The notes: generated from the sequence alone by a model not told the origin. A DNA stretch of 64,000 bases from Flavobacterium sp. (GCF_013822155.1 NZ_PNJW01000006.1:3554-67553); one strand, 5' to 3'. Counted from the stretch's first letter, positions 55,401 through 64,000 are shown. Made by a program: numbers and translations.

Positions 55401-57828
55401 TGCTACATTAATGGCATGGGTAAATTTAGCCCCGGGTTTTAGCTCAACCGGAGTAGTAGTGGGACAAAATAATTTTCAATTGAGAATAACCGATACCCGA
55501 GTAATTACTGCTTCTTGCAACGGAACATCTGTTGACTATTCAGCCATTGATCCTATCAGTTCTTCGCAATGGTTTCATATTGCGACAACGTATGATGGAG
55601 CTCATTTAAAACTTTTCATTAATGGAAAAGAGATGAATAGCATTAGCAAAACAGGAACTATAAATGCTGATGCAACACCACTTACCATTGGTAGACGTCC
55701 CGGAAACAATTCGTTTTATTTTAACGGAAAAATTGATGAAGTGCGTGTGTTTAATGTCGCTTTAACCAATCAACAATTGCAACGAATGGTTTACCAGGAA
55801 ATTCAAAATAACAGTGGTCAGGTGAGAGGAACTGTTGTCCCTAGAGATATTGAATCTTTACCTTTTACTAATCTGTTACGCTATTACAGAATGGATACAT
55901 ACAAAGATGATATTATTGATGACTTATCTACCCCAACTGTTGATACAGGGACAGGGATGAAAATGTATAATCATAAAAACATTTATGCTCAACAAGCTCC
56001 GATGCCATTTGTTACGGAAAGAACAGGCGATTTTGCTACCGCAGTGAACAGTCCAACAAACGAAGTAAGAGGAATGGATATTGCAGATTTTAATTATGCT
56101 ATTGTTCAGGTGAAACATAACATTACTGAAACATCTAATCAAACTAATTTAGGGATGTTTGTTGATGCTGGAGTAACAATTACGATGAATAACGATACCA
56201 AAATACAAAACGATTGGTATGTGAAATTAAACGGAAAAATTGATTTAGTAGATCGTTCACAATTCGTTCAAACAGCTACTAGTGTATTAGACCCAACTAG
56301 TTCAGGTTCGCTTGAAAGAGACCAACAAGGACAAAGCAATAAATTTAATTATAACTATTGGTCTTCACCGGTGAGTGCTATCAACAGCACAACAATTAAC
56401 CATGGCTATACCGTTGCAGGTGTTATGAAAGACGGAACAAACCCATCTAGTCCAATGAATTTAGCTTGGGTAAGTGGCATAAACAATCCCTTAACCAGCA
56501 ACCCAATCACATTGAGCAGCTATTGGATATTCAAATTTCAAAACCTGACGCCTATTTATGCAAATTGGGCAAGTGTAGGTCAAAACGGCCTTTTGCTAGC
56601 CGGTCAAGGTTACACACTTAAAGGAAGTGGAGCAGCGAGTGCCTCTCAAAACTTTACCTTTATTGGAAAACCAAATAATGGGCAAATTGTCAGCACTGTT
56701 TCAGCCAACAACTTAAACTTATCCGGTAACCCATATCCTTCTGCTTTAGATGCTGATAAATTTATACAAGATAACTTAGCGACCATCAACGGAACATTAT
56801 ACTTCTGGGAACATTTCAACACAAACAATACCCACACTTTAGCAGGTTACCAAGGTGGATATGCTGCCCGTACCTTAGTAGGCGGAACAGCTCCTGTATC
56901 TCCATCAGGCATCAGTGGATTAGGTTCAAGCACACGAACTCCCGGCAGATTCATACCGGTAGGACAAGGATTCTTTGTGACTGGAAATGCAACTGGTGGA
57001 GATATTGTTTTTGACAACAGTCAACGTCTTTTTATCAAAGAAAGTAATGTTGATTCTAACATCCTATTCCGAACTAATCAAAATGCTTCTTCTCCAAATT
57101 TTGGAACAGGAAATAACGAGGAAGACCCTTATACAGAAAATGCTTTCATGAAATTTCGTATCGGATTCAATTCTTACAACAATTTCCACAGACAACTATT
57201 AATTGGTTTTATGGATGATTTAGCAACAGAATCTGTTGATCCGGGTTATGATGCAATTCATATTGATAACCAACAAAATGACATGTATTTTTTAAATAAC
57301 GGAACAAAATTAATCATTCAAGGTGCTTCACATTTTGAAACGAATAAAGTTTATCCGTTAGGAATTAAAACCTATGCAGCCGGTGATATTCAATTTACTT
57401 TAGATGGTTTAGAAAATGTAGAGCCAACACAACCTATTTACATTCATGATATAGTAACCGGTTTATACCATGATATCAGAAATGAACATTTTACAATCAA
57501 TTTGCCGCAAGGTGAAATCCACAATCGTTTTGAACTGACTTTTCAAAATCATGCTTTATCAGCATCGGATTTTGAACTTGAAAATCAAATCGCTGTGGCT
57601 TATACTAATGCCAACAATTTACTTACTATAAAAAATACCATGAACGACAATACTGTGGAAACAGTTAGTCTTTTTACGATCTTAGGTCAGACCCTTGCTT
57701 CTTGGAATGTTGAAAACCAAACCCAAAACAACATTACTATCCCAATGAGCAACGTAAGTACTGGCACCTACATCGTTCGAGTGCAAACCACTCAAGGAAC
57801 GATTAGCAAAAAAATCATTATTAAATAG
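52495..57828 (+). CDS. Giant (1777 aa) T9SS-secreted mosaic surface protein/adhesin
   Basis: Signal peptide. Gly-run module (aa ~30-236). Two Ig-like 'choice-of-anchor D/HYDIN-like' domains (aa ~240-485). Thrombospondin-type-3 Ca-binding repeats ('DTDGDGV.NN.DADDDNDGIPD', 'DRDNDGVADVFDLDSDNDG', and others). CBM-like beta-sandwich ('NETFG...DHT...GNDLGLDDI'). LamG/ConA-like domain ('...GKIDEVRVFN'). C-terminal type-A T9SS sorting domain ('TGTYIVRVQT..GT.SKKIIIK'). Confidence 0.85.
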   Translation: MKTKLAYKKIHLQVTVMILLFIQSGNAQTVTQTFNSSSTFTVPTGVTQINVEAWGGGGKGGSRVSSNGSAGGAGGGAYASSTFTVIPGATYTVTVGTGSTSNVMPGGDTWFNNNTTILAKGGNSVPSNSVTGATGGDLNDCIGTIRRSGGNGANGGLTFGGGGGSSAVNSSNGNTATTRLGATITGGGGGGNGRNTSSGNGSPAGIPGGGGGGCLRLTSGSSTGGNGGNGRIVITYASPSEINVKGNGNTIVDGDTTPALTDWTDFGTTSLGLGVTRVYTIENTGFATLYLYNLTITGTGASNFYLTSGFPTSIAAGSSATFSITFVPTTTGLKSATLTFTNSDADESTYNYNIQGTGAASASQIISVSGNNYTIPQGSTTTLTTNNTNFGATNLNTSISRTFTIKNTGGSNLTLTGAPLVSITGANAADFSLTALPTTTITPSNSTTFQITFTPTTTGVKNATLNISSNHAALSPYNFRISGTSIQAFFDTDGDGVFNNADADDDNDGIPDVVEQSNASLSSYSANAQVTLLNETFGSGTTRERININIPTATTTYCYEDGYNVMNEYECDTSGDLNDGQYTLSNTAQIASWASAYWYTGPDHTSDSNGRMALFNAETDITDEFYRTIIHGVTANAPLTYSFWAINLDRTDAPGIGSRNRPNITVEFRDLDNNLLTSLNTGDIAPTNHLNSTGDWYNFNASFVPTSTSISVIFRNNQPGGLGNDLGLDDIIIRQILKDRDNDGVADVFDLDSDNDGIGGIVEDGWAHLSNGTDKMNLTGTWIDANGNGWHDETEAAYIASNNVATDFDGDGIPNYIDLDADNDARFDVEEAGLFNGDGDINGDGVGDGADGDGDGILNAFDNFVGFGNTAKPLPQNTLGSGNQDYLKVISLTPGVFDISSTLYASLDANNDGIIDGGADVDKDGIRDAFDTNSAKIGSPRDLNRKLLLDFDGRNDYAEATAVLGGLTNATLMAWVNLAPGFSSTGVVVGQNNFQLRITDTRVITASCNGTSVDYSAIDPISSSQWFHIATTYDGAHLKLFINGKEMNSISKTGTINADATPLTIGRRPGNNSFYFNGKIDEVRVFNVALTNQQLQRMVYQEIQNNSGQVRGTVVPRDIESLPFTNLLRYYRMDTYKDDIIDDLSTPTVDTGTGMKMYNHKNIYAQQAPMPFVTERTGDFATAVNSPTNEVRGMDIADFNYAIVQVKHNITETSNQTNLGMFVDAGVTITMNNDTKIQNDWYVKLNGKIDLVDRSQFVQTATSVLDPTSSGSLERDQQGQSNKFNYNYWSSPVSAINSTTINHGYTVAGVMKDGTNPSSPMNLAWVSGINNPLTSNPITLSSYWIFKFQNLTPIYANWASVGQNGLLLAGQGYTLKGSGAASASQNFTFIGKPNNGQIVSTVSANNLNLSGNPYPSALDADKFIQDNLATINGTLYFWEHFNTNNTHTLAGYQGGYAARTLVGGTAPVSPSGISGLGSSTRTPGRFIPVGQGFFVTGNATGGDIVFDNSQRLFIKESNVDSNILFRTNQNASSPNFGTGNNEEDPYTENAFMKFRIGFNSYNNFHRQLLIGFMDDLATESVDPGYDAIHIDNQQNDMYFLNNGTKLIIQGASHFETNKVYPLGIKTYAAGDIQFTLDGLENVEPTQPIYIHDIVTGLYHDIRNEHFTINLPQGEIHNRFELTFQNHALSASDFELENQIAVAYTNANNLLTIKNTMNDNTVETVSLFTILGQTLASWNVENQTQNNITIPMSNVSTGTYIVRVQTTQGTISKKIIIK

Positions 57829-57855
57829 GGTTTTGATAATTGATTTTTGACACCG

Positions 57856-57883
57856 AAAAGCCCCTCGACGTGAGGGGCTTTTC
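57856..57883 (+). terminator. Rho-independent terminator after the giant gene
   Basis: gcccctc (57860-66) pairs with gaggggc (57872-78), followed by a T run. Confidence 0.65.
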
Positions 57884-58104
57884 ATTTTTAATAAATAGTA
57901 ACTTATAACAAAACAGAGGAAACGGAAAAAATGTTTCTTTTGTTTAAAAACCTAAAAGACTGATTCACTATTTTCAAACCATTCATAGTTTGAATCAAAA
58001 AATAATCCCTTATAAACCAATGTATATCCTACATTAATTTTTATAAATACTATTACTTTGTTTAATCTTTTGTTAAACAAGTTAAACAATAATATACTAA
58101 TGCA

Positions 58105-58112
58105 TACATTTG
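58105..58112 (+). promoter_or_regulatory. Candidate -7 box (TACATTTG) for the fasciclin gene
   Basis: Exact TAnnTTTG, 32 nt upstream of the ATG at 58144. Confidence 0.4.
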
Positions 58113-58143
58113 TTTGAAATAATAATCACTTAAAAAAACAAAA

Positions 58144-58716
58144 ATGAAACTAATTAAATCATTAACCATTTTATCAATTGTAGGTATTATGGTCGCTTCA
58201 TGTGGTGAAGCAAAAAAAGAAGAAGTTGTTGAAGAAGTTGTTATGGAAGAAGCTGCTGAAGTAGTTGAAACACCTAATATCGTGGGTGTGGCCTCTGCAA
58301 ATACTGATTTCAGCACATTAGTAACAGCCGTTGGTACTGCAGGCTTGGTGGAAACATTAAGTGGTGTGGGTCCGTTTACAGTATTTGCTCCAACTAATGC
58401 TGCCTTTGATAAATTACCGGCCGGAACGGTTGATTCTCTTTTAAAACCTGAAAGCAAAGATAAACTTTCAGCGATATTGACATACCATGTTGTGGCAGGG
58501 AAATTTGAAGCTGCAGCAGTAATTGAAGCAATCAATGCAAACAAAGGAAAATTTGAGGTTACGACTGTTCAAGGCGGAAAAATTACTTTAAGTTTAGTAG
58601 ATGGAAAAGTAGTATTAACTGACGCAAACGGTGGAACTGCAACAGTAGTAATTGCAGATGTTGCTGCATCAAATGGAGTAATACATGCAATTGATACGGT
58701 AGTAATGCCTAAATAA
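58144..58716 (+). CDS. Fasciclin (FAS1) domain lipoprotein
   Basis: Lipobox 'VASCGEAKKEE'. 'FSTLV.AV..AGL...L.G.GPFTVFAPTN.AF..LP', 'LTYHVV.G', 'NGVIH.ID.V..P' FAS1 motifs. Confidence 0.85.
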   Translation: MKLIKSLTILSIVGIMVASCGEAKKEEVVEEVVMEEAAEVVETPNIVGVASANTDFSTLVTAVGTAGLVETLSGVGPFTVFAPTNAAFDKLPAGTVDSLLKPESKDKLSAILTYHVVAGKFEAAAVIEAINANKGKFEVTTVQGGKITLSLVDGKVVLTDANGGTATVVIADVAASNGVIHAIDTVVMPK

Positions 58717-58745
58717 TAATAATAATAGTGTTTTTGTTAATTCTT

Positions 58746-58780
58746 TAAAGAGCCGTTGTTGAAAAATAACGGCTCTTTTC
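58746..58780. terminator. Bidirectional terminator (fasciclin gene / ackA)
   Basis: agagccgtt (58749-57) pairs with aacggctct (58768-76), followed by a T run. Confidence 0.6.
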
Positions 58781-58799
58781 ATAGTATAAATGTTCAATT

Positions 58800-59978
58800 T
58801 TAATTTTCACCAACCAACAACCCATAAGCCTGCTCCGCCATTTCAAACTCCTCATTGGTAGGAATAACCAATATAGGCACTTTAGAGCCTTCTAATGAAA
58901 TAGAACGAATAGCTTTGGAACGCATCATATTCTTATCTTCATCCAGTTGAATGCCAAAGTAATCCATGTGCTGACAAATTAACGAACGCATCACATCGCT
59001 ATTTTCACCTATTCCCGCTGTAAATACCAACGCATCCAAACCATTCAATGCCGCAATATAAGACCCTATAAATTTTTGTACACGATAAGCCATCATCTGA
59101 AGGGCAAGCAAACACTCTTTATTCCCTTTTTGGGCCTCGTTTTGTATATCTCGTAAATCGGAAAAACCGGTCAAGCCTTTTAAACCACTCTCTTTTTGCA
59201 ATAAATCTTGTACTTGACTCGAAGAATAGTTCAAAGTATCCATTAAGTAAAAAATAATCGCTTGATCAACATCACCACTGCGGGTTCCCATAATCAAACC
59301 GTTGGTAGGACCATATCCCATCGAATGTTCAATGCTTTCTCCATCTTTCACAGCTGTAATACTGCAACCGTTTCCTAAATGAACAGTGATAATTTTAGAA
59401 TGTTTGAGTCCTAAAAACGCAATCGCTTTTTTAGAAACATATTTGTGGCTGGTTCCATGAAAACCATATTGACGAATTTGATGTTGGGTATAAAATTCAT
59501 TCGGAATCGAATAGCGATAGGCCTTTTCAGGTATTGTCTGATGAAAAGCCGTGTCAAATACTGCAACTTGTGTCGCTTTTGGAAAAACATCCTCAGCCAC
59601 TTCAATACAAGCCAAATTGGCCGGATTGTGTAAAGGTGCCAACGTACATAATTCGCGAATCTTATCCTTAACTTCTGTGGTAATAATCGTGGTTTTTGAA
59701 AACTGTTCGCCTCCGTGAACCACTCGATGAGCGATGGTATCAATTGTCCTTCCGGCACTTTTGCTTAATATCTTTTGAGCAATTGCTTCTAAAGCTTCTT
59801 TGTGATTGGCGAATTCCACCGTTTCTGTAAATTCTTCCGATTGAATCGTATAGTGAAACTTAGTATGGTCTAACCCTATTCGCTCTACCAAACCAGAAGA
59901 AATAACGGTTCCCAAAGGCATTTCAATAAGCTGAAATTTTAATGACGAACTTCCGGCATTAATGACTAATATGTTCAT
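58800..59978 (-). CDS. ackA: Acetate kinase
   Basis: 'ILVINAGSSSLKFQL', 'HRVVHGG', 'FDTAFH', 'YGFHGTSH', 'HLGNG.S', 'TAGIGEN' motifs. Confidence 0.92.
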   Translation of the reverse strand: MNILVINAGSSSLKFQLIEMPLGTVISSGLVERIGLDHTKFHYTIQSEEFTETVEFANHKEALEAIAQKILSKSAGRTIDTIAHRVVHGGEQFSKTTIITTEVKDKIRELCTLAPLHNPANLACIEVAEDVFPKATQVAVFDTAFHQTIPEKAYRYSIPNEFYTQHQIRQYGFHGTSHKYVSKKAIAFLGLKHSKIITVHLGNGCSITAVKDGESIEHSMGYGPTNGLIMGTRSGDVDQAIIFYLMDTLNYSSSQVQDLLQKESGLKGLTGFSDLRDIQNEAQKGNKECLLALQMMAYRVQKFIGSYIAALNGLDALVFTAGIGENSDVMRSLICQHMDYFGIQLDEDKNMMRSKAIRSISLEGSKVPILVIPTNEEFEMAEQAYGLLVGEN

Positions 59979-59987
59979 AGGCAGTTT

Positions 59988-62078
59988 TTAAATATCCTGT
60001 GCCTGAATGGCAGTTATAATTATCGTGTTGTAAACATCTTCAACGGTGCAACCTCTACTCAAATCGTTTACGGGCTTATTCAAACCTTGCAACATAGGTC
60101 CGATAGCAACCGCACCGGTTTCTCTCTGAACGGCTTTATAGGTATTGTTACCCGTATTTAAATCAGGGAAAATCAAAACACTGGCCTGACCGGCTACTAG
60201 AGAATCGGGCATTTTACTTTTACCGACGGTCATATCTACGGCCGCATCGTATTGAATTGGTCCTTCAATTTGTAAATCGGGACGCAAAGTTTTAACTAAT
60301 TCAGTTGCTTTACGCACTCGTTCTACATCTTCACCCATACCTGAACTTCCCGAGGAGTAAGACAACATGGCTATTTTAGGCTCAATTCCAAATGCTTGGC
60401 TGCTTTCTGCAGAGGAGATGGCAATTTGAGCTAATTCTTCTGCCGTTGGATTGGGATTGATGGCACAGTCGCCAAAAACCGAAATACGATCTTCCAAACA
60501 CATGAAAAATACCGAAGAAACTACTGAGATTCCTTTTTTAGTTTTAATAATTTGTAAAGCCGGACGAATCGTATGTTGTGTGGTATGAATAGCTCCGGAA
60601 ACCATTCCGTCTGCCAATCCTTTGAAAACCATCATGGTGCCAAAATAAGAGACATCCGACATCAAATCTTTGGCAATATCGTGATTCACATTTTTATGTT
60701 TTCTCAATTCATAGAATGTCTCTACAAAATCAGCATAATAGGTAGAATTTACCGGATCAATAATACTAACTTTATCCAAGGGTAGAAGAATGCCGGACTT
60801 AATCAAACTCTTTTCGATAGTCTCTTTTTTACCCAACAAGGTGATGTCTACCACATCGGCAGCAATTAAACGGGCAGTTGCCTCTAAAATTCGTAAATCC
60901 TCCGATTCCGGCAGAACGATATGTTTACGCACTTTTCTGGCCTTTTTTAATAAATTGTATTGAAACATTTTTGGCGTAATTCCTTTTGAGGTAAAATTGG
61001 TTACATTCTCAATCAGTAAATCGGAATCAACATATTTATAAAATGTTTCAAGAGATAATTGAATTTTCGTGGTATCACCGGGTCTTATTTTACAATTTAT
61101 CCGACCTATTTTATTAGCCGCTTTAAAAGTGTTTTCTTCCACACTAATGATAGGAATAATATCATCTAAGCCTTCAATCAATCTTAGAATAGACTCTTCC
61201 GGAAAAAGTCCTCCTGTTAAAATAATTCCAACCATTCTGGGATAACTGGCCGATTTGTGGGCTTGCAAAACCCCTATTATAATGTCTGCCCGATCCCCGG
61301 GAGTAATCACCAAATTATTTTGCCCAATATGAGTGAGATAATTGTGTAATTGCATGGCACCAACACTAAAACTGCCTACTATACCCTCTAACAAATGCTC
61401 GCCAAATAAAACCTTTCCATTCAACGCTTCTACTACTTCCCGAACACTGGGATTGCTCAATAATTCATTGACCGGTATGGCTAAAATTTGAACCTCATCA
61501 GCACAAAATTTTTGAATTCCTTCAATAAATTTTGACCGGTTTTTCTCTTGAATTTTATTAATGACAATAGCCATTACGCCAACTTCCTTTCCTAAAAATG
61601 ACTTGTAAGCTAATTCTAAATTTTGAATGGTATCATCTATAGAATTGTCTCCCGAGGCATTAATCAGCACCGGTAATCCTAAATTTTTAGCAATTTGGAG
61701 GTTAATTTCAAATTCAAAAACGGAAACTTCATCTTCAAAATCGCTTCCTTCCACTAAAACAAAATCAAATTCTTCTTCCAATTTTTTGTAATCATTCATA
61801 ATCGTATCAATCACCTCCCCTTTCTTTCCCAAATTAACCAACTGAATCATTTGTTGTTTGGTATAAGAATACGCATTATCATAGTCGACTTTTAGATTAA
61901 AAGTTTGAAGAATTAATTGCAAATGGTTATCAACTTTAGATTTTTTACCTTCGTTAATGATGGGTCGGTAATAAGCTACTTTTGCCATACGGCTTAGCAA
62001 CGCATCCATTAATCCTAAACTTAAAAGTGACTTCCCGCTTCTGGGTTCAATAGTGGCAATATATAATCCTTTGTTCAT
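59988..62078 (-). CDS. pta: Phosphate acetyltransferase, long form (P-loop-like + DRTGG + PTA domains)
   Basis: 696 aa. N-terminal 'T.PRSGKS' domain, DRTGG-type middle and C-terminal 'SGA.HTT..T.RPALQ', 'GDCA.NPNPTAE.LA.IA' catalytic domain. Confidence 0.9.
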   Translation of the reverse strand: MNKGLYIATIEPRSGKSLLSLGLMDALLSRMAKVAYYRPIINEGKKSKVDNHLQLILQTFNLKVDYDNAYSYTKQQMIQLVNLGKKGEVIDTIMNDYKKLEEEFDFVLVEGSDFEDEVSVFEFEINLQIAKNLGLPVLINASGDNSIDDTIQNLELAYKSFLGKEVGVMAIVINKIQEKNRSKFIEGIQKFCADEVQILAIPVNELLSNPSVREVVEALNGKVLFGEHLLEGIVGSFSVGAMQLHNYLTHIGQNNLVITPGDRADIIIGVLQAHKSASYPRMVGIILTGGLFPEESILRLIEGLDDIIPIISVEENTFKAANKIGRINCKIRPGDTTKIQLSLETFYKYVDSDLLIENVTNFTSKGITPKMFQYNLLKKARKVRKHIVLPESEDLRILEATARLIAADVVDITLLGKKETIEKSLIKSGILLPLDKVSIIDPVNSTYYADFVETFYELRKHKNVNHDIAKDLMSDVSYFGTMMVFKGLADGMVSGAIHTTQHTIRPALQIIKTKKGISVVSSVFFMCLEDRISVFGDCAINPNPTAEELAQIAISSAESSQAFGIEPKIAMLSYSSGSSGMGEDVERVRKATELVKTLRPDLQIEGPIQYDAAVDMTVGKSKMPDSLVAGQASVLIFPDLNTGNNTYKAVQRETGAVAIGPMLQGLNKPVNDLSRGCTVEDVYNTIIITAIQAQDI

Positions 62079-62111
62079 AGGTTGTTATTTTGATTGTGTG
62101 GTTTTGATTGA

Positions 62112-63728
62112 TTATTTATATTCCGGAATATACATTTTGCTTTCAATAAATGCTCTAATGTTTTCAGGTTTTGAAACCCCGGCTAAACCGGAATCAAATA
62201 TATGTTCGGCAACCCTGACAGCAACGTTTATAGAAACTTTTAAAATATTATTCACTTGCGGATAAATTAAACCGTTTTCAAAATCTGCAGCAGTCACTTG
62301 TTCTGCTACTGCTTCAGACGCTGTTAACAACATATCATCCGTTACTCTTCTGGCTTCCGTGGCAAAAATAGCCATTCCCAAGGCAGGAAAAATAAATACA
62401 TTGTTTCCTTGTCCGGGTGTATAGATTTTCCCTTCATAGTTTACAGGGGCAAACGGACTTCCACTAGCGAAAATAGCTTTTCCTTTACTCCAGGTATAGG
62501 CTTGCTCGGCCGTACATTCTGAATGCGAAGTGGGATTCGAATAAGGAAAAATAATCGGACGTTCATTCACCAAACTCATGTTTTCAATAACCTGCTGATT
62601 GAATGCTCCTCCAACGGTACTTACGCCAACAATAGCGGTGGGTTTAATTTTCAATACCGCTTCAGCAAAATCGGTACAAGCATCAAAATCATGGGCAAAA
62701 GCTAATTGATGGGGAGCCAAATCTGTTCTGCTTTTCACCAATAAACCATTCACGTCAAACATCCAAATTTGTTTATAGGCCTCCTCAGTTGTCAACCCGT
62801 CACGTTGAAATTTTTTGGCCAACATATCGGCAATTCCAAAAGCGGCAGCACCGGCTCCTAAAAATAAAAAACATTGGTCTTTAAACGATTTGTTCATTAA
62901 TCGACTGATGGATATAAAACCGGCCGTTGCAATGGCTGCTGTACCTTGAATATCATCGTTGAAGGTACACGTTTTTTCGCGATAGGTTTCCAAAATACGA
63001 ATAGCATCAACCCCGGTAAAATCTTCCCATTGGATACACGCTTTTGGAAAAACCTCATTCATGGCTTCAACAAAAGCAGCTACAAATGCATCAAATTCAG
63101 GACCTCTAATCCGTTTTCTACGTAAACCGGGATACAACGAATCATTTAAAAATTCTTCATTATTAGTGCCCACATCCAAAACAATCGGAAGGGTATATTC
63201 CGGAGGAACACCACCACAACTCGTATATAAAATCAATTTCCCGATAGGAATTCCCATGCCGTTTATACCTAAATCTCCTAATCCTAAAATCCTTCCTCCA
63301 TCAGTTACAACAGTAAAACGAACATCTTCAACAGGCCAATTTCTAAGAATTTCTTTAATATGGTCTTTTTGATCAATTGAAATAAACAATCCTCTCGGAC
63401 GTCTGATAATATGACCTAACCGCTGACATGCTTCGCCAACGGTTGGCGTATAAACAATGGGTAAAAATTTTGCCGGATCACTGGAAACTGCCTTAAAAAA
63501 AAGAGTTTCGTTTGTGTCTAACAATTGCATCAGGTAAACATATTGGTTGATGGGCTTTTCAAAATTGTCCAATTGCTCTTCCACACGTAAAATTTGAGTA
63601 GCAAGGGTTTCTATGGTATCCGGTAAAATTCCTTTCAATTTGAATTTTTCACGTTCTTCCAATGTAAAAGCAGTTCCTTTGTTAAAACGTGGATTTCGCA
63701 AAAGTGAATAACCAGTAATAGCTTCCAT
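62112..63728 (-). CDS. NAD(P)-dependent malic enzyme (SfcA/MaeA type)
   Basis: 'L..P..NKGTAF...ER', 'YTPTVGEAC', 'VVTDG.RILGLGD.G..GMGI..GK', 'FLGAGAA..GIA', 'FPYSNPTS..ECT' motifs. 538 aa. Confidence 0.9.
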   Translation of the reverse strand: MEAITGYSLLRNPRFNKGTAFTLEEREKFKLKGILPDTIETLATQILRVEEQLDNFEKPINQYVYLMQLLDTNETLFFKAVSSDPAKFLPIVYTPTVGEACQRLGHIIRRPRGLFISIDQKDHIKEILRNWPVEDVRFTVVTDGGRILGLGDLGINGMGIPIGKLILYTSCGGVPPEYTLPIVLDVGTNNEEFLNDSLYPGLRRKRIRGPEFDAFVAAFVEAMNEVFPKACIQWEDFTGVDAIRILETYREKTCTFNDDIQGTAAIATAGFISISRLMNKSFKDQCFLFLGAGAAAFGIADMLAKKFQRDGLTTEEAYKQIWMFDVNGLLVKSRTDLAPHQLAFAHDFDACTDFAEAVLKIKPTAIVGVSTVGGAFNQQVIENMSLVNERPIIFPYSNPTSHSECTAEQAYTWSKGKAIFASGSPFAPVNYEGKIYTPGQGNNVFIFPALGMAIFATEARRVTDDMLLTASEAVAEQVTAADFENGLIYPQVNNILKVSINVAVRVAEHIFDSGLAGVSKPENIRAFIESKMYIPEYK

Positions 63729-63950
63729 GAGGTTTTATTTTTTACTTTTTGAAATAGATTTACTCAATACAAAATCATTTTGAAAAATAATTTAATATTA
63801 TCGTATAAAGTTAAGAATTCCATGTTAACCGAACAACTAATACTACCCTTTATAAAAGGAGTTTTTCTTTTTAATTCACTCTTTAACTACTTTCTTAAAA
63901 AAATAACTACAGTACATTTAATATTAAAATATAATTAAAAGAACTCATAT

Positions 63951-63975
63951 AAAAAAAGCCCCAAAGAATTGGGGC
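63951..63975 (-). terminator. Terminator of a minus-strand gene lying beyond the window end
   Basis: gcccc (63958-62) pairs with ggggc (63971-75). T7 run on the minus strand (A7 at 63951-57). Confidence 0.45.
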
Positions 63976-64000
63976 TAGAATTAATATAAAATTGAAATAG

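Noticed and set aside
51413-58143. Genomic island integrated at the tRNA(CAT) gene
   Set aside because: There is no integrase or recombinase, no direct repeat of the tRNA 3' end that I could find in 57829-58143, and no mobility genes. The adjacency of the giant adhesin to the tRNA is noted but is insufficient to call an island.
58062-58544. 160-aa minus-strand ORF overlapping the fasciclin gene
   Set aside because: It is antisense to a CDS with clear FAS1 motifs, a lipobox, a promoter box and a terminator. It has no recognisable motifs and a low-complexity Ala/Thr/Ser composition typical of shadow ORFs.
1-64000. CRISPR arrays, transposases/IS elements, prophage, restriction-modification, toxin-antitoxin or other known defence systems
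   Set aside because: No regularly spaced direct repeats, no terminal inverted repeats with a transposase, and no ORF with nuclease/methylase, RT, integrase or TA hallmarks was seen on either strand. Absence is stated from visual inspection only.

Overview
AT-rich (roughly one-third G+C by eye) chromosomal segment. It looks like a member of Bacteroidota, class Flavobacteriia. The supporting evidence is two proteins with type-A T9SS C-terminal sorting domains, many lipoproteins with acidic residues after the lipidated Cys, and TAnnTTTG -7 promoter boxes. Bacteroidota-typical families (DUF4252, DUF4199, DUF4290, DUF5686, ORF6N) and a Cys-less L31 point the same way.

Most of the window is densely packed core genome: mtaB, rmuC, rpmE2, zapA, rny, xerD, aroQ, murA, recQ-family helicase, fmt, hup, ackA, pta, malic enzyme and one tRNA(CAT). 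No integrase, transposase, CRISPR array, reverse transcriptase or recognisable defence or toxin gene is visible. I therefore cannot point to a clear-cut novel system.

The parts that deserve a second look are:
1. A cobalamin-acquisition locus: divergent btuFCD-like genes, plus a cobalamin riboswitch, a btuB-like receptor and a BtuG-like surface lipoprotein. By hand alignment the riboswitch carries a 58-nt insertion in its L4 loop.
2. A ~160-nt rod-like structured RNA between zapA and rny. It is either a 6S-like RNA or an rny leader.
3. A 1777-aa T9SS-secreted mosaic surface protein. It starts with a glycine-run module and lies behind a 611-bp AT-rich leader next to the tRNA.
4. A T9SS FG-GAP/ASPIC protein paired with a surface lipoprotein that has two CXXCH haem motifs.
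5. An ECF sigma / anti-sigma / DUF4252 / CarboxypepD_reg / DUF4252 envelope module with a candidate ECF-type promoter.
6. A tight M23 peptidase - TonB-dependent receptor - EF-hand lipoprotein operon that converges on a DUF2971 gene.

All protein-family calls come from motif and sequence recognition by eye. None has been checked against a database.
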